Positions 24,817 through 38,584 of a stretch of 64,000 nucleotides of DNA are shown here, piece after piece (the stretch's first letter is position 1; each line of letters begins with the position of its first letter). The notes beneath the pieces are model-generated. The model saw only the letters and a list, made by a program, of their open reading frames with translations, did no database searches and was not told the origin of the DNA. The position numbers were made by a program, and so were the translations under genes. Source of the stretch: Tubiluchus corallicola (lineage: Eukaryota > Animalia > Priapulida). Location: the NCBI GenBank assembly GCA_030141605.1, contig JAQGDQ010000115.1, positions 434,001-498,000 of the forward strand, read 5' to 3'.

Positions 24817-25569
24817 CATTAATGTTTGCAATCTTTTAAACATAGTTTCAGTCTATAGATGACAACTTTGAATAATTATGGAGGTAAACTTGTGGGATAT
24901 TTTAACACGACTGCTCCGTCCCCAGGATTAGGTGCCACGGCCAACCTAGCATTGTCATCGATTTTGCCCTATCTGCAAATGTCTTTAATATTTTTGCACT
25001 TCATAATTGTATAGCTTCTCAACTAAACTAGTACATTCATTTCCGCATTGTCATTGAAGATTGCAGTTTAACCTTCTCATTGTGACAGTATGTATTACAT
25101 TATGTGAATATATGTGTTTAGTTTCTATTTCTTGCACATTGCTGCTATCGTATGTGGTAGACTTATTAAAGCTTCTAAAGCTAATAGCTTAACCATAGCA
25201 GTTCAGGTATTTGAGCGCTGATATGGACTCGTCTTCGTTAGTTTCTTCCTAACGAAGACCATGCGAGGACATATTGCTGATCTATTTTTGTAATCCGTGC
25301 CAATCAGGCTTATCTTCGGAACGACTTCAGTCGGTTCATTTAGTGTATGATCGGATTAGAATGTAATTATGTGCTCTTCTTAAATTAAATTTGCTCCAAA
25401 CATAAGAACTGTAATAGTTTTTTTAAATAGCACGTTGTTACAAAAAAATGTTTCAGCAAAGGCAGCATGTTACTCAGCTCAAGTGCGAAAAAAATTTAGA
25501 AAAATTGCATGTTTAATGGAAGAATTCATATAACTGTTGACTCTACTGTAAATGTCGCTCATCGTGGAG

Positions 25570-25806
25570 AGGCATTCCAAAAGTTTCTAAAATAGACGGT
25601 CATCAACCCACCATATCAGGTCTTAGTAAAGATATGCGCATCTTAGATGAAGCATTAAACAGCAGAGGTGTCTTCCCAGAACGAGGTAAACCGCTAGTGA
25701 TAGCCTGGCAGATCCAGCTTTCCCACCAGTCTCCACCAATCCACCAACCAAACTCAGTGTTGCTTGACTTCTGCTGCTGAACATGCATCATAACCATGCG
25801 ATCATT
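25570..25806 (-). mobile_element. tRNA/5S-chimeric SINE copy (minus strand)
   Basis: Minus strand CAGCAGCAGAAGTCAAGCAACACTGAGTTTGGTTGG...GGAGACTGGTGGGAA matches the family and the 5S 3' half. The 3' boundary is approximate. Confidence 0.65.
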
Positions 25807-27073
25807 CTTCTCGCTTTAAAAACTAGAACTGAGACAAAACATCTACAGAATGGCCATTTTGACTTTTGCGGAACACGCTTTTTAGAAAATTAATAACGAA
25901 AATGACCATTATTATTATAATTATTATTATTGTTTATTTATTCCAAGAGCCAAGTACAATTTAGCAGTATCTTACAGACTTACACAGAAATGCACAATAT
26001 AAAATTAACATGGGAATAATAGATAAGATATAGCCAAACGATTAATGCAGCGCAGACAGTTATCGGCTCAGATCGGAAGGTGAACTTGTAAGATCTGAGC
26101 TGACCATAAGATCTGACCATAAATGGACATGACGTGATCACATTTAAATGGAGAAATATGTTAGTAGCGTCGTCAACTAGCGTACATAATCCTTAACATT
26201 TTGACAAGAAAATCACCTGTCAACCTCAGCATGTATCAATAAGTCCATTGCAGAGAATGTGCATTTGTTGTGGTAACTTTGCAGACAGAGCTGAAGGCTG
26301 ATGTCAGTGAATGATTCACGAATGGCTCTTAGTCATTGTTTTAGGGTGTTTTAGCAAGTGAAGTCAAATGTTCTAACGTATCTCTAGCGTTCTTTAAATT
26401 AGATTATCACATTTAAATAATGCATAGCAAACGCTGCATTTGCCATTACCAGCGTTTTGCGATTCGCGTTTCGCGATCCCCGAAATTCGCTCAGCGCTCG
26501 TCTAATGGACTTTGGCAGCGAATTATTGGCAAATAATTCCACATTTTGCCGATAATCGTAAATAATTTATCGGATTTGTGAGCCTGGTTTTGTTGCGAGT
26601 GTAGATTACGGCGCATGTTACGATGTTAGCGTTATTTAATGGTGCTCTATTGTGGTGTGACTGCACATTTAGTGTAATTCCCATATCGTTCTAGCCAGGC
26701 AAGATAATTAAATTTTTTTGTCCAGTAAAATCATAATTTAAGGATCGTGCTGGCTTCGCTGGGACTGCATTAGGTAGTTGCATTGTCGTGCGTTTGTAAA
26801 GTTTGCAAAGAAAACCAATACTGGAGAAACATAAATGAATGACTTAAAATGAAATAAAAGTAACGCCAAAACAATGTGGAAGCAATTTAGAAACCAGCCG
26901 TATTTGATCTGGAGCAGGTTAGTTTGCTGACACACTAATAACTTTAATTATCTAACTCGGGGTGAACTGACAAAAATCGAGCAACGTGAGAAAAAGGCGT
27001 AAATAAATTGTTATAACCTGTAAGTTAAAAATGTAACGGTTAACATGCTAAAGAAAGTGGATGATGAAAAAGT

Positions 27074-27150
27074 CCGAGTCAATTCTGGATTCGAACCCAA
27101 AACCTTGTGAATAACACAATGCCACATGATCTATAATGAGAAAGGTAGAC
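27074..27150 (-). mobile_element. tRNA-derived SINE head remnant
   Basis: Perfect B box GGTTCGAATCC on the minus strand (27087-27097); the A box is decayed. Confidence 0.45.
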
Positions 27151-27189
27151 CTTGTCCCGTTTTTGTATATTTTCTTTTGTTTTTGCCTT

Positions 27190-27560
27190 TTTAGGCTTTT
27201 GGACCTATTCCAAAAATGGGCCCAAGTGGTTTTTCTGTCACGTGTTGTCATTTTCGACGTCAACATGAATGGTGTCTTTAATGATTAGCACATGCACACT
27301 TTGCGCAGGACTAGGGTCACGAAACTCATGTGGCACACTCCTCATATGGGGGGGGGGATATATGATCACTGCTTGGCGACCTTTCTTTTTTCGACGATCT
27401 CTTTCCCCCTCCCCCTACTGTTTTTGAGCTAGGATTTGGGGGTCGGTGGTCGGTGAGACAAATGTTTCCAGTGTCGAGCAATAGTGACTTCTAGTATACC
27501 ACATCAATTCCCAATAAGATCAAGTCAACGATATAAGCCACTTAGAATGGTTGACTCTTG
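27190..27560. mobile_element. Helentron/HINE-like non-autonomous element remnant
   Basis: T-rich end followed by the subterminal hairpin TTGGACCTATT-CCAAA-AATGGGCCCAA, plus G/C runs and a CACGAAACT motif. The architecture mirrors 47300..47648. Confidence 0.4.
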
Positions 27561-28157
27561 ATTCAAAGAATTGTGTCATGTGGTCAGTCCTGTAACGCGT
27601 CGTCGTTGTCCAGGCTGTCTATGATAGATATTCTTGTTAACTTTGCGTTTAGTGAATTTTTTATTGCCGCGCTTTTAGGCGGTAAATTTTGCCGACGGAA
27701 AAGGAAAATTTGTTCGACATTTGCATTTACAACTAAAGTGCGCAATTTCTCTTCAACACCGCCGTGTTCTCTAAATTGAAAGTATGATAGTAAATCGCGT
27801 CTCAGTGGATTATTGTAATCTCAAATAGACCGTCTTTCAGTTGAAGAGGAGGATAGTTGCGCTTTTTCCTCTCTGATGAGATCGCAGCCGGTGCTTTTTA
27901 GATTTTTGCATGTTTTAATACCCAGAGACAATAGACGAGTCATTTACCTCGAATGCAATGTTTAAGACTGTGTGTTTTTACTGAGATAATTGCAGAGGAA
28001 AAAGCAATAATGTTCGTATTCCAAGGATAAGTTCATCAAGGGCAACTTTCATTTTTTGATTAGTTTTTCTAAATGAGCGAATAATCTATAAATGAGTGTT
28101 AGACCTAGTAAGAAGCATGTGGATAAACCAGCATGCTTTAGACTTTAAAGTGAGGTT

Positions 28158-28235
28158 GTATAGCTGAGCAGTCAGGGTGTCCACATACCGATGCTAAGCA
28201 ACGCAGAGCCTTGTGAGATAATTGGATAGGTTCTG
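28158..28235 (+). mobile_element. tRNA/5S-chimeric SINE head copy
   Basis: ATAGCTGAGCAGTCA...ACCGATGCTAAGCAACGCAGAGCC...TTGGATAGG. Confidence 0.65.
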
Positions 28236-28605
28236 TCATTAACGTGACTTATGCAGTGCTTGGCCTCTTTGAAAGATGATGGGTAGTTGTAAGTGCAGCT
28301 GCTTTTTTAGCTTTGGCATTTCGTCTTTGATGGCAGAATCCAGTCCTGTAACAACCACCTCCAGTAAATAGGCTTTGTTTGTGAGAGCTACAACAAACAA
28401 ACAAACAAACAAACAAATAAGCAAACAAAAAATAAACAGTGAAACAATGAAACAAACGAAAAAAAAACTGTTTCATTAACTAGCATTCATTGTGACGTTT
28501 TTCTTAATTTGAACACCCCCCAACATGAAATTATTAAATAAAGCCACAACTATCGTAAATTTTTAAACCAAACCTAGCTGAAAGGAAGAAAATGTGAAAT
28601 GGTAA

Positions 28606-28678
28606 GACCTGCGCCTGGACTTGAACCAAGGACTTTTGGCACGCAAGTTCAAAGCCGTGACAGCAAGATAATACCCCG
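28606..28678 (-). mobile_element. tRNA-derived SINE head remnant
   Basis: Minus strand ...GTCCTTGGTTCAAGTCCAGG is T-arm/B-box like; the 5' half is degenerate. Confidence 0.45.
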
Positions 28679-29642
28679 TTTATGATCTTGGCAGACTAAC
28701 AACAGAAGTAATTGTTGTTTTAAAATTTTCTGAAATCTAATAAAATAGTTGCATAATCTTTTTATGGTACATTTTTTACTGTAAGTTTTAGCTCTAACAT
28801 GAAAAGAAAATGCTATTTCAGATTTTTAAAGATGTTTTTTAAAAATGCATTCCTGCTATACTCGTCAAGCCTGTGAGCTTTGATACCGATACTTGTAAAC
28901 GTTACTCTCGCATTTATAATCAAGTGCTCTCTGGTTATTCTTTCTTGGTTATAATTGGTAATAATTAAACTGGTAAGCAAACGGCTTCCACAATGTGCAA
29001 GCTGCTTGTATTTGACTTGGATTAACTCCTAAATAACACTAAACTTTGTGTGCTAGCTTTGATAAACTTTCAACAGTCCCACACTGCTAATATTCTGCTG
29101 CGGTTTTTCAAAATTCATTTCCTGATTATTGCTTGCTGGTGGATTTCACGGCTGCTTTATTAATTTCAGCATTTTTACGCTTCATTAAAACTTTAAGGAA
29201 AACGAGTAGGGCTTCATTTATTTTTTTGCTAAATATACCTAATTGGTTCCTTAATTAATTGTGTGTGACAAACGTCATTTAGCTGTTAATTAATTATAAT
29301 GATTTCTGCTGACTGACTGTTTAATGAAAGAATAGAAATTTAGACTCATTTCCTATTTAAACCAAGGAACTGATTGGTAGCGCATTTAATTTTTTGTAGC
29401 AAATTCAACTGATAGCCAGGTTCAAGACTCGGTTTGTTCACGCTGTAACTAAAAAATTATTGTACTACTGATTGTTGATTAATTCAGTATATTGGGTGTT
29501 CTCGTAGATTAGTTTAGCTGAATACACAGATGTGTATTTAATTCATTATTGCATGTAAATTTGTTGAGGTAGATTGTTGCTACATGTCTAGGTTTCATAT
29601 ATATATTTATATACTGTTTATATTTTCTTTTCCATTTTGGTA

Positions 29643-29704
29643 TTAGCTGTGCGACCGAAGTTAGGCAATGTAGAGCTTAGTCAGTAACTATATGGGTGAC
29701 TGCC
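29643..29704 (+). mobile_element. 5S-derived SINE head copy
   Basis: GCGACCGAAGTTAGGCAATGTAGAGCTTAGTCAGTAACTATATGGGTGACTGCC. Confidence 0.68.
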
Positions 29705-31874
29705 TACAAAACTTTTTCATTCTTTGAGCAAAGTTGTATTTACATCTGGTTCAGTCACAGCTGGATCGTGGCTGGTAGAGTGACGGACTAGATGAAGAAA
29801 TTTTGTAATTTTTGTATTATAAAACTGCATGGAAGATCGAGAAATTTATTCAAAATTCGCCACTTAGGGGCAAAAATAAATAGTAAAATTTGATCACTTT
29901 CTGTACAAATGATTGGTGGTAAGAGTGCTGATCACCCTGAAAAATTTCAGCCCTTCCCTTAAAACGATTGACATATTTTTTGTTGGAAATATACGATGCC
30001 GTTATGCGCTGTGATCGTTAAAATACATTAAACAATTTTTCTAACCTTTGCACTTCAGCATCACTGCAGACAAAAGCTACCCCCCCCCCGCGCGCTCTCC
30101 GTCACGAAACGTCAGTTATTAACTCAGCACCATAACCGCTATAATCACTTGCCTGACACTAATTCTAACGCCCATTAAAAACTTGGCGTTCATCTCAAAA
30201 TGTAAGTTCATAAATTAAAGCTTAAAATTTACGCTTCGCTTATGTGTTTCACAGTGAAAGCCAGTCGACTGTATTATGTAACCGCATTGCGTGCTAATAA
30301 GTTGGGTCATATTTGCACGAGATGCTTTTAACTTTCTTAACATTTACAGACGAAGAATTTAGCCCAGTCTATTGTCAACGTGCGCTTTTGACCTCCTGTA
30401 TTTACACCCTGAGCACGCCAGCCCCCCGGGTTATGCTTTAATTGAATTATATTTCTCACACTGAGGGCGTTTTATGTAGCGGCAGAGCTTGCGTGGCTTA
30501 TTGTTACGGTGTAAAAATTACGAGTTCGAGAAGCTCGGAGGCGAGGAACTCTTGTCTCCCGTTGCTATGACAACGGCCCCACTCTGGCGTTCCTCTAATG
30601 GAATTTTTACAAAGTATATTGTACTTGTGAACCAGCGTTTATTACTGTCTTATAACGCAGAAACTTGATCCGAGAAATGTTAACGCTTGCACCATTATGA
30701 TGAGTTTATCAAGGAGGTTAGGCTGCTGTGCGTAGGCAAGTAGCTATTGCGCATGCGTACCATATGACTCTTAGCATCCTGTTTTTATGGGATGCGTGAA
30801 AAATTTAGCTAATTATTGTCGTTTGCTGTGAATTCTAGATCCTCAAGGAGTTTTTTAACAGAAATACCGAGTTACTTCAATTTCTGTTTATTGCAACAAT
30901 CTTCCTTAGTCGAGAACAGTGAGTCGTTCCAAACACAAGGCTATTGTTTTAAGAAAAACTATTAAAAGGTACGACAAATGGAAGCGAGTATAATAGAATA
31001 TGTGGGCGTGTTGGTGTTGTTGAGGCTATACCCTGGGGAAGAGGCTAAGTGAAATTAGATTTGGCACTTTCCTAATTTTCTCCTTTAATAAAGTGCTCGA
31101 TAGAGATGGCTGAGCTTCATTCAAAGGAGTTCATCACTTATCAGTTGCTTACCACAAATGCCGTACCTCTCATAGCAGTAACAACGCCCACGTAAGCTCT
31201 CTTGGTTGTCGTAATTTCACCAACCCGCAGCCCATGCGAGTTATTCCTCCCCTATTTTGGCACTTTTCCCAAGTTTTTCCTGATTGGGCAAGTTTCTCAT
31301 CTTTTTGTGAACTTTCCTTCCTGAATTAAATAGTAGGGGAAGATGGGAGGCAGATTAAACACCCAGAGGCAGATTTCCATCCATTTACTAAGCAGGCTCA
31401 GCCTTTGCTTAACTCTCCTAACTAAGCACATATCGTGACCAATCAGAAATAGGCACGTAGGCAACAAATAAACCTTAAGGCCTTAAGGCAGTTATTTTTC
31501 TATGACATGTGCTAGTAAGTAACCCTGCATCAATTGATGTTGGTTGTTTTTTTAATTTGTATAATTTATTTTGCAACCTTCTTCTGATGTACAGGCAAAA
31601 TTCAAAGTTTCTTGAATTGGACTTAAGTAAACTGGTTGCGATACTGTTTACGATGTTATTTCAATACCAGTGCAGTTGACCTCATTGCATTAACCAGCCA
31701 GGAAGTGCTAAGACCCTCTGCGTTTTCTTCATAAATTTCTTTCTGCGTTTTTCACACTTCCGTTTTCCTTTGTTGTGTTTTGTAGCACGTGGAAACTTGA
31801 CAACTTCTGGCGTGCCTATATGTATTTACAAAATATAGATGTATAGTTTTTGTTCTACTTTTTAAATTATTTTC

Positions 31875-32433
31875 TGAAACTATTTTTCCTGAAACGACTT
31901 ACGTGAAAAAATTATTACCACACAAACACAATTTCGCGTTCGCGCCACTAGTTCTTCGCTTTTACATGCATTTCGCCATTCGCTCGTTAGACGAGCACCA
32001 GCGCCTGCATTTCGGAAACGCTTTCCACAAAAAAACAAAACCCTCGCTGTTCCTCTTAGTTCAGATGTGTTAGTTTGTGACGAACTGCACACGTTCGACA
32101 GCTCATGTGCGAGCACAGCGGTAAATTTGAAATTTGATTTTTTATCTTTAAACTTGCCTAATTTTAGTACAACACACTGAATATCTTACAGTAGCACTGT
32201 ACTTCAATTTTCTCTTTCGCAGATACGTGCAACACGCTCATGGAATATTTCTGCTGTTGAAAATTATGTTAGTTTGTGATGTCATCAATAGTTGCGCTCG
32301 CCTGCCGTTAATTAAGTTTTTAATCTATAATTTAAGTATCAGGAACGCTTTTGCAGTATTAATAGTGTTAAAGTGTATACTTTTTACCGTTCTTGAAAAT
32401 GGGGTACTATATGAAAAATCATTCAGTCTTCCT
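31875..32433. mobile_element. Second copy of the Kolobok-like element (left end not recognised)
   Basis: Colinear with 14040..14584 and ends CTTCCT|TTAA. Confidence 0.8.
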
Positions 32434-33469
32434 TTAAAAATATATATTATTTCAATATACTAGCGGTATAGAGTATAAGAATGAGAGAATGAAGGAAAGA
32501 TGCGCCACAACTAAAGGGTATATTGAGCATCTTTTGAAAATAAACATACAGCAGCTCTTTTCATCTGAACAGCAAAGAATCCAAGTGCCACGTGGCTTGT
32601 TAGTGGCGAATTTTAAATACATCGCAGTATTTCTAGCCTGTAACGCTTTTTTCTTTTTCTGTCAGTGGATAACATTGCACGCTTTACATATTATCATGCA
32701 AATGTTGTTCAGAACTAGTGTCGCCGTCTTATAAATTAGTTCGTTAAGTGATAGAAACTAGTATAGTTTTAAAGTGCTTCATTTTGTTAATTTTTTTGTG
32801 AATTGCAAGTAAAATTGTATCGAGCTGTCATCGATTAGCTGTGTACGTTGAACAGCTTGCTAAATTATTCGTGTTTGGAAATGAAATCGTGTACGTGATG
32901 AAATTACACTAAATAATTGGGCAAATAAATTAAAACTGGTAAACGCGATAGTTCACCATCCTTTCTGAATGAACTTAACTCGATTTGCCTAAATCTTATC
33001 AAGTTAATTCTGTTTATTCGTTCATTCGTGCACACGTAAGTGCCTTTAATGAAATAATGTCATTACGCGATACATTTGATAAGCTGTTTTAATGACTGAT
33101 TTGCTTATCTCGGCGTTTTTCTTTCGCTGAAAACCGTCAGGCGCTCCGAATTTCGACGAACTTTCCAGCCGACCGGACAGATTGTTTTGAAAACATGAAC
33201 TTAGGAAACTGTGCTACGCCGTCTGTACAGTAATTAAATTAATTTGCAACTCGAAAAGCCAGGTCTGCGGAACGTTTTTAACGATGCGTCAAATTAGTGA
33301 AAAATGTATTGAAAGTTGACTGGACGGCAACACCCCAGGCAGGTGGTTGACCCTCTCACTTGTTCTAGAAAGTGAAAACATGTCAGATTGTCTGAAAGAT
33401 AGTAAAGACGTCGTTTCCTGGGTTTTTGTCGAATTTAAAATGTTACGCTAAATAAACTTTGCGGATGCT

Positions 33470-34050
33470 AGGCTCTTGTTTGCTCACAGAATGTAAACAC
33501 AATCTAGACTGATAAACCTTTGTGCTTGTATCAAGAGTTTATAAATTGTGTAGAATATGTAATACAGACTTTACCAATGATTAGACTGATGAGGTAAGAG
33601 AGCAAAATACTGGCCAGATGGTCTTATTGAACTTAGGCTTATGAATAAAAGAGTTTGTGCCAAGCAAAAGTGACTGTGTAATTTATGTTTCCTATTTTCC
33701 TAATATTCATTAAATTTATATTACTTCTTGTTTGCAGTCGTACGTTTTTAATTAAATGCACCTTAGGTAGTCGCGTGTTACCCAAATTCAACCTAAAAAA
33801 GACGAATTCCTGTAAATTCTGTAATAGATGGGTTTTGATTTGTGAACCTGTGTAGCTGTTAAGATTCTGATATCAAAAAATCTCATTTGAATTAGTAAAC
33901 GTTCTAAATTAAAATTGCAATCCTAGACCCAAATTCTCGCGTTTTTTTTGCAAATATGGAGAAATTACTATTTTAGAGATGTAGACTATCCGCTAAATTA
34001 AATAAATTCGAAAATTATGTGGACCTAAAATAGATCCCTGCGTGGGATCT
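33470..34050 (-). mobile_element. Highly decayed CR1-like RT remnant
   Basis: The minus strand gives QGSILGPHNFRIY, then SIFAKKT (cf. FADDT), then LVKSVL and QTRA-like residues in the expected order. Confidence 0.5.
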
Positions 34051-37000
34051 TAGTGTTTGTTTCTTGTTTATACTATGCTTTGAATTAAATAAATGATGCA
34101 TACAAGAAGCATAGTATTTATTATCCATTTGAAATGACTATGTTTATGTATAAATAAAAATAAAAATAGTAAACTTAACAAAGAGTATTGCAGACGTCTT
34201 GCACGACATCTTGCAGACGTTGGTGCAAACCATTAACACCGTGCCCGATCACATTTTATTCATAATATTTGAATAAATATTATCATTTCGCTGGCAAGGC
34301 AAACTAAACGTTGCGTTTATACTGATATCTAATTTGAATTTGATTTCCAAATCAGGTGTTATGAGAAATTATTCTGCACACATAACTATTATAATTATGC
34401 TTAACTGGCGCACGGAACACACAATAACTAGGTGAACTTATGTTAACTACCATTTTCAGATTAGTAGCGCGTATGTCAATGCATCACTCGACATGCGTTG
34501 TCCAGCATTAATAGCTTACAGTAATCAAACTTTTGACGATAGAAGGTGCTTATAATTATATGATAATTTACGATCAGCGGGTTGGTTTAGTTTTATTATG
34601 TTTATAAGTGAAAGAGTTCATGGCGCATGAGTAGTGGAGCTTGATTCCGATAATTCTACCATGAATTTGATTTTTTTTATATACAGGCTTTATTCGTCTT
34701 GCCCAATTATGAATATAAAGCGATATGAATATATAGTATAGTTACTCTAGTAATTAATATTCCACCTAATGAACAATTTTAATTAAAGCCACATCCTGAT
34801 GAATCTTTAACATGATATGGCCCCTTGACCAGGACACTCAAAGTGTCAACATAAAAGTACAAGTTGACATATAACAATGACAACAGCTACACAAGAACAA
34901 AGACATTATATATTTTTAAGTGAATTGGATTGATTTGATTAATTGTATTGATTTTTTTCTTTCTGTGTTCACACTTGTGTTTTTATCTGCTAATCATTTG
35001 TGTTTTTTACGTATTTGTATCCTTTTGATATGATATTAAATGTGATATCCTTTTAAATGTGTTAACAAAAGCCTCTCCAAAAATATGTTCGGTAGTTCTA
35101 GTAATTCTTTGTCACTTTCTCTCTTTTTTTGTTTGTCTGACGAAGTACCACAATGGTAGTTTGATAAGATAGATAGCAAAAAAAGTTAGAAAGATATAAG
35201 AAGAGTGCTAAGCGTCTCGTGTAATTAACAAAATCACTTTAAAGTTGCAGCCATTTCACGCTTGGCGCTCCTGTTTTGAATGCCAATTCTTCCACCAATG
35301 ACGTCGTTTATCGACTGAAGAAAAGCGGCCCACTGTCAATTTCCGTCAAAAGTATAATAAGTTTTTGCAAAAATATTGGATAACCAATAATGTGATATTT
35401 TTGTATAAACGTATTAGGTAAGCTGCAGAAGTTTGAATTAGTGTAAACTGCGTGCGCTTATGAAAAGCCACGAAGTCCACCAGTTACGTCATAATTTTCA
35501 AGTGAATCGCGGCAACCGCCATGCCTGAAAATTTCTATACAGCTGCAGTATAAATTAACTTTATGGTTTATAGACAGTTTTTTGCAAATTTCTTTATTAT
35601 ATTTTCTAAGTTCATGTGACAACAGTAAAATAAACCCAATGTGCTAAATGGCTTGTCCTTTCTATTGCTTTAAAACTCGCAAAACAGCTCGACCACGCAC
35701 TTGTGGCGCCAAGTCGACGACCTCTTTGCATTCTTGATCTTCTCAATTTGCACATTCTCTAGTTAATTAGCGAGCATTAATTGATTAATTATTGCGAGTA
35801 ATTATTATTGCAGCTGGGGTTTTGGCATGTAAATGTTATATCAAGTTCTATTAAGGATTTCAACTTACTGTGAAAGCCTGCATCAAGTAGGGATCACGGT
35901 GCAATATATAATGGTAACAAAGTAATTAATTGTTTGGGGTAAAAGGACATTTGTTGCGCAACAAGTCGCGAGAGAAGACTCTACGTCTGAACGCGCCATA
36001 ATTTAGGGTAAACGGACATTTGATTGTCTCTGCAAAAAACAAACTTTGATATTTGGAGTACCCTAAGAACAAGGGCAAAAAGTCATTAGGTTGTGTGAAG
36101 TTGAAAGGACACACGGGCATTTAGTTAGTTGAGGTAAAATAAAATTTAGTTGATAAATGCTTGTTTTACTCGTCGGGTCGGAAACTTATACAAGTAATAA
36201 TTGCTGATTAAAATAGTAGTGTCACTTCACATTAAATAGAACTCATAGATAAAATTCATAATTATAACTGACCCAGTGTGTATCTGACAGCATCGATGTT
36301 ATCTGAATTGGTTTGTGACAGCAGGTCGTAAGACCAACGATCGAGGAAACAGAAATGGGACATCACCGTACCTCTGTTGTTCGTTTACTGGCTGCTCTGG
36401 TCTGTGTCTCTGCAAAATTACTCAGAAAGTACTCATTTGAGGGATATATTATTTTATTGCAGCTTGCTGTCGAGATATGGTAAGCGATGAACTGTTTTTA
36501 GATTTTCGACAGCTTTAGGAAATAGGTACTTTATGATTCCTGGGGTTGACCGTTATTGCTATTGTTATAACACAATTCATTCACTTGCCTGTTACTTGAA
36601 GCACGCCGCCTTGCGTCGTTTGTATGACACGCGCGTTAACTTAGGGCAAGTTCACGTAGAGGACGCCACAGTAGACGCGTAACGTAGCATCACTTGACCC
36701 ACGTAAGTTGCACGTCATGATAAATATCTGCTTTCCCCCCTCCCCCCCCCCCCGGTTACTAGAATGTTTAGCAAATTTTCGTGCTGATTGCATAAGAAAC
36801 TTTTCACTGATTAGTCCGATTTCCCGCTAATTTTCCGGACGCCTTGTACGACCTTCAGCCCGACTCGGTCAAAGAGAAAATGACGCGCCAGGTGTTTCAC
36901 TCAGGTCCCAGATTGACTGGCATTGGCTTTTAGCTAAATGAGATTTCCTCAGTTGTGATTGATGAAGGCAATTTTTCTTTCTTTTCACATGGCGTCTGCG

Positions 37001-37088
37001 CGTAAGAGTCACAGTGTTGTGACGTCATGGCTGTATTGCTGCTGCTTGGATTTTTATGATAACTTCTTTTGTAAGCTAAAAGTTTCTT

Positions 37089-37430
<342 letters not shown>

Positions 37431-37529
37431 TTTTATTTAACTTCTACATTTGGCTAGCAATTAACATAAGCACAAATAGTTTTTGGCAGACTGTAAAAAT
37501 CAGTTCTACAACTGCATAACAGAGATTAT

Positions 37530-37660
37530 TATTACTTCGCTTTTACCCTAAATACCACGCGGCAGGCAGGGCAACGGCAGATACCATTTTTAAACTCTTA
37601 GGTAAGACCCCGCCACGAACTTCTCGACTTCCCAGACGTGTTACCATCGTTTGGCACCAC
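37530..37660 (-). mobile_element. tRNA-SINE remnant with a Meta-domain-like core
   Basis: GGCAGGGCAACGGCAGATACCATTTTTAAACTCTTAGGTAAGACCC resembles, from memory, the reverse complement of the MetaSINE core (CATACCAAAGACTTTAAAAATGGTA). Confidence 0.5.
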
Positions 37661-38319
37661 ATTATATGTGTCAGCGGCACTAGTTGGATAAATTTAGATT
37701 TAATTTGACTTTGATAAAATTTGACAATTTATTAAACTAAGTAATACGGCCATATTAGTTATAATGGCACAAAACTAGCTATTCTCTTTGTCCCAGGTGA
37801 AATATACACAAAAAAAGTGACAGTGAATGGAATTTTCTAGACGTTTGGGAAAGTTCCTAAACACCAAACAAACATTAGAATAAAAGAAACATAACTGACA
37901 TGATTCAAAATATACATTAAGTGATAATGTAAGAGTAAAGAAATATTGGCCAAGTCTTAAATGAAGTTTGTTGCTTTGCTATTTAAAGAACTAGTCAGCC
38001 AACTTGGTTTCTGTTCTCCCTTGATGTTTGTTTGTAATGTGTAACGTGATTTCAACGTTCCGTTCAATATAATTTTAAGTTCTTGTAGCTACAATTTATT
38101 AGCGTTTCGGTGACTAACATGCAAACTCAATAACTCTTCTTTATTGCACTTGACTCTAGTGCGTTGTCACTTGAAAATAGGCAAGTTTCATCTCTGCTTG
38201 ACGGCAGCACTTATTTTTCCACCAAAACTATGTGAAAAGTGACAAAGTTTGTATATGACAGGAATACACCAGAATTTGTTGTACCTTTTAATGAACAGGA
38301 AGTGTTTGTTAATTTAGGA

Positions 38320-38584
38320 TTTTTAAGCAGGATTGCGCCAAAGTGTTGGAATAAACTACCAATTAAAATTAAAGAATGCTCAAATTTAAATTTTTTAAAA
38401 GGAAACTAAAAACACATCTTATTAAGCTGTATTCTAATGTAAAAGTGATGACTGTTTTGTAGATTTCTTTGATTTATAGATATCGTGTTATAGTTTTTTA
38501 GTACTTCTATCTAAATATTTTTAATTTGTACAGTGCCGTTCAAAAAATTATTGAAAAAGTGGGCGCCGAATACGTTATTATTAA
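38320..38584 (+). mobile_element. L2/CR1-group LINE 3' end remnant
   Basis: IAPKCWNKLPIKIKECSNLN/FKRKLKTHL (one frameshift) is the typical ORF2 C-terminus. It is followed by a 3' UTR ending GGGCGCC..TTATTATT. Confidence 0.7.

Noticed and set aside
35136-35160. CTGACGA plus TACCA/TGGTA stem as a hammerhead
   Set aside because: The GAAA core and cleavage triplet are missing.
38110-38170. miR-92-like sequence TATTGCACTTG
   Set aside because: Only the first 11 nt match and the 5' arm does not pair well enough for a pre-miRNA.
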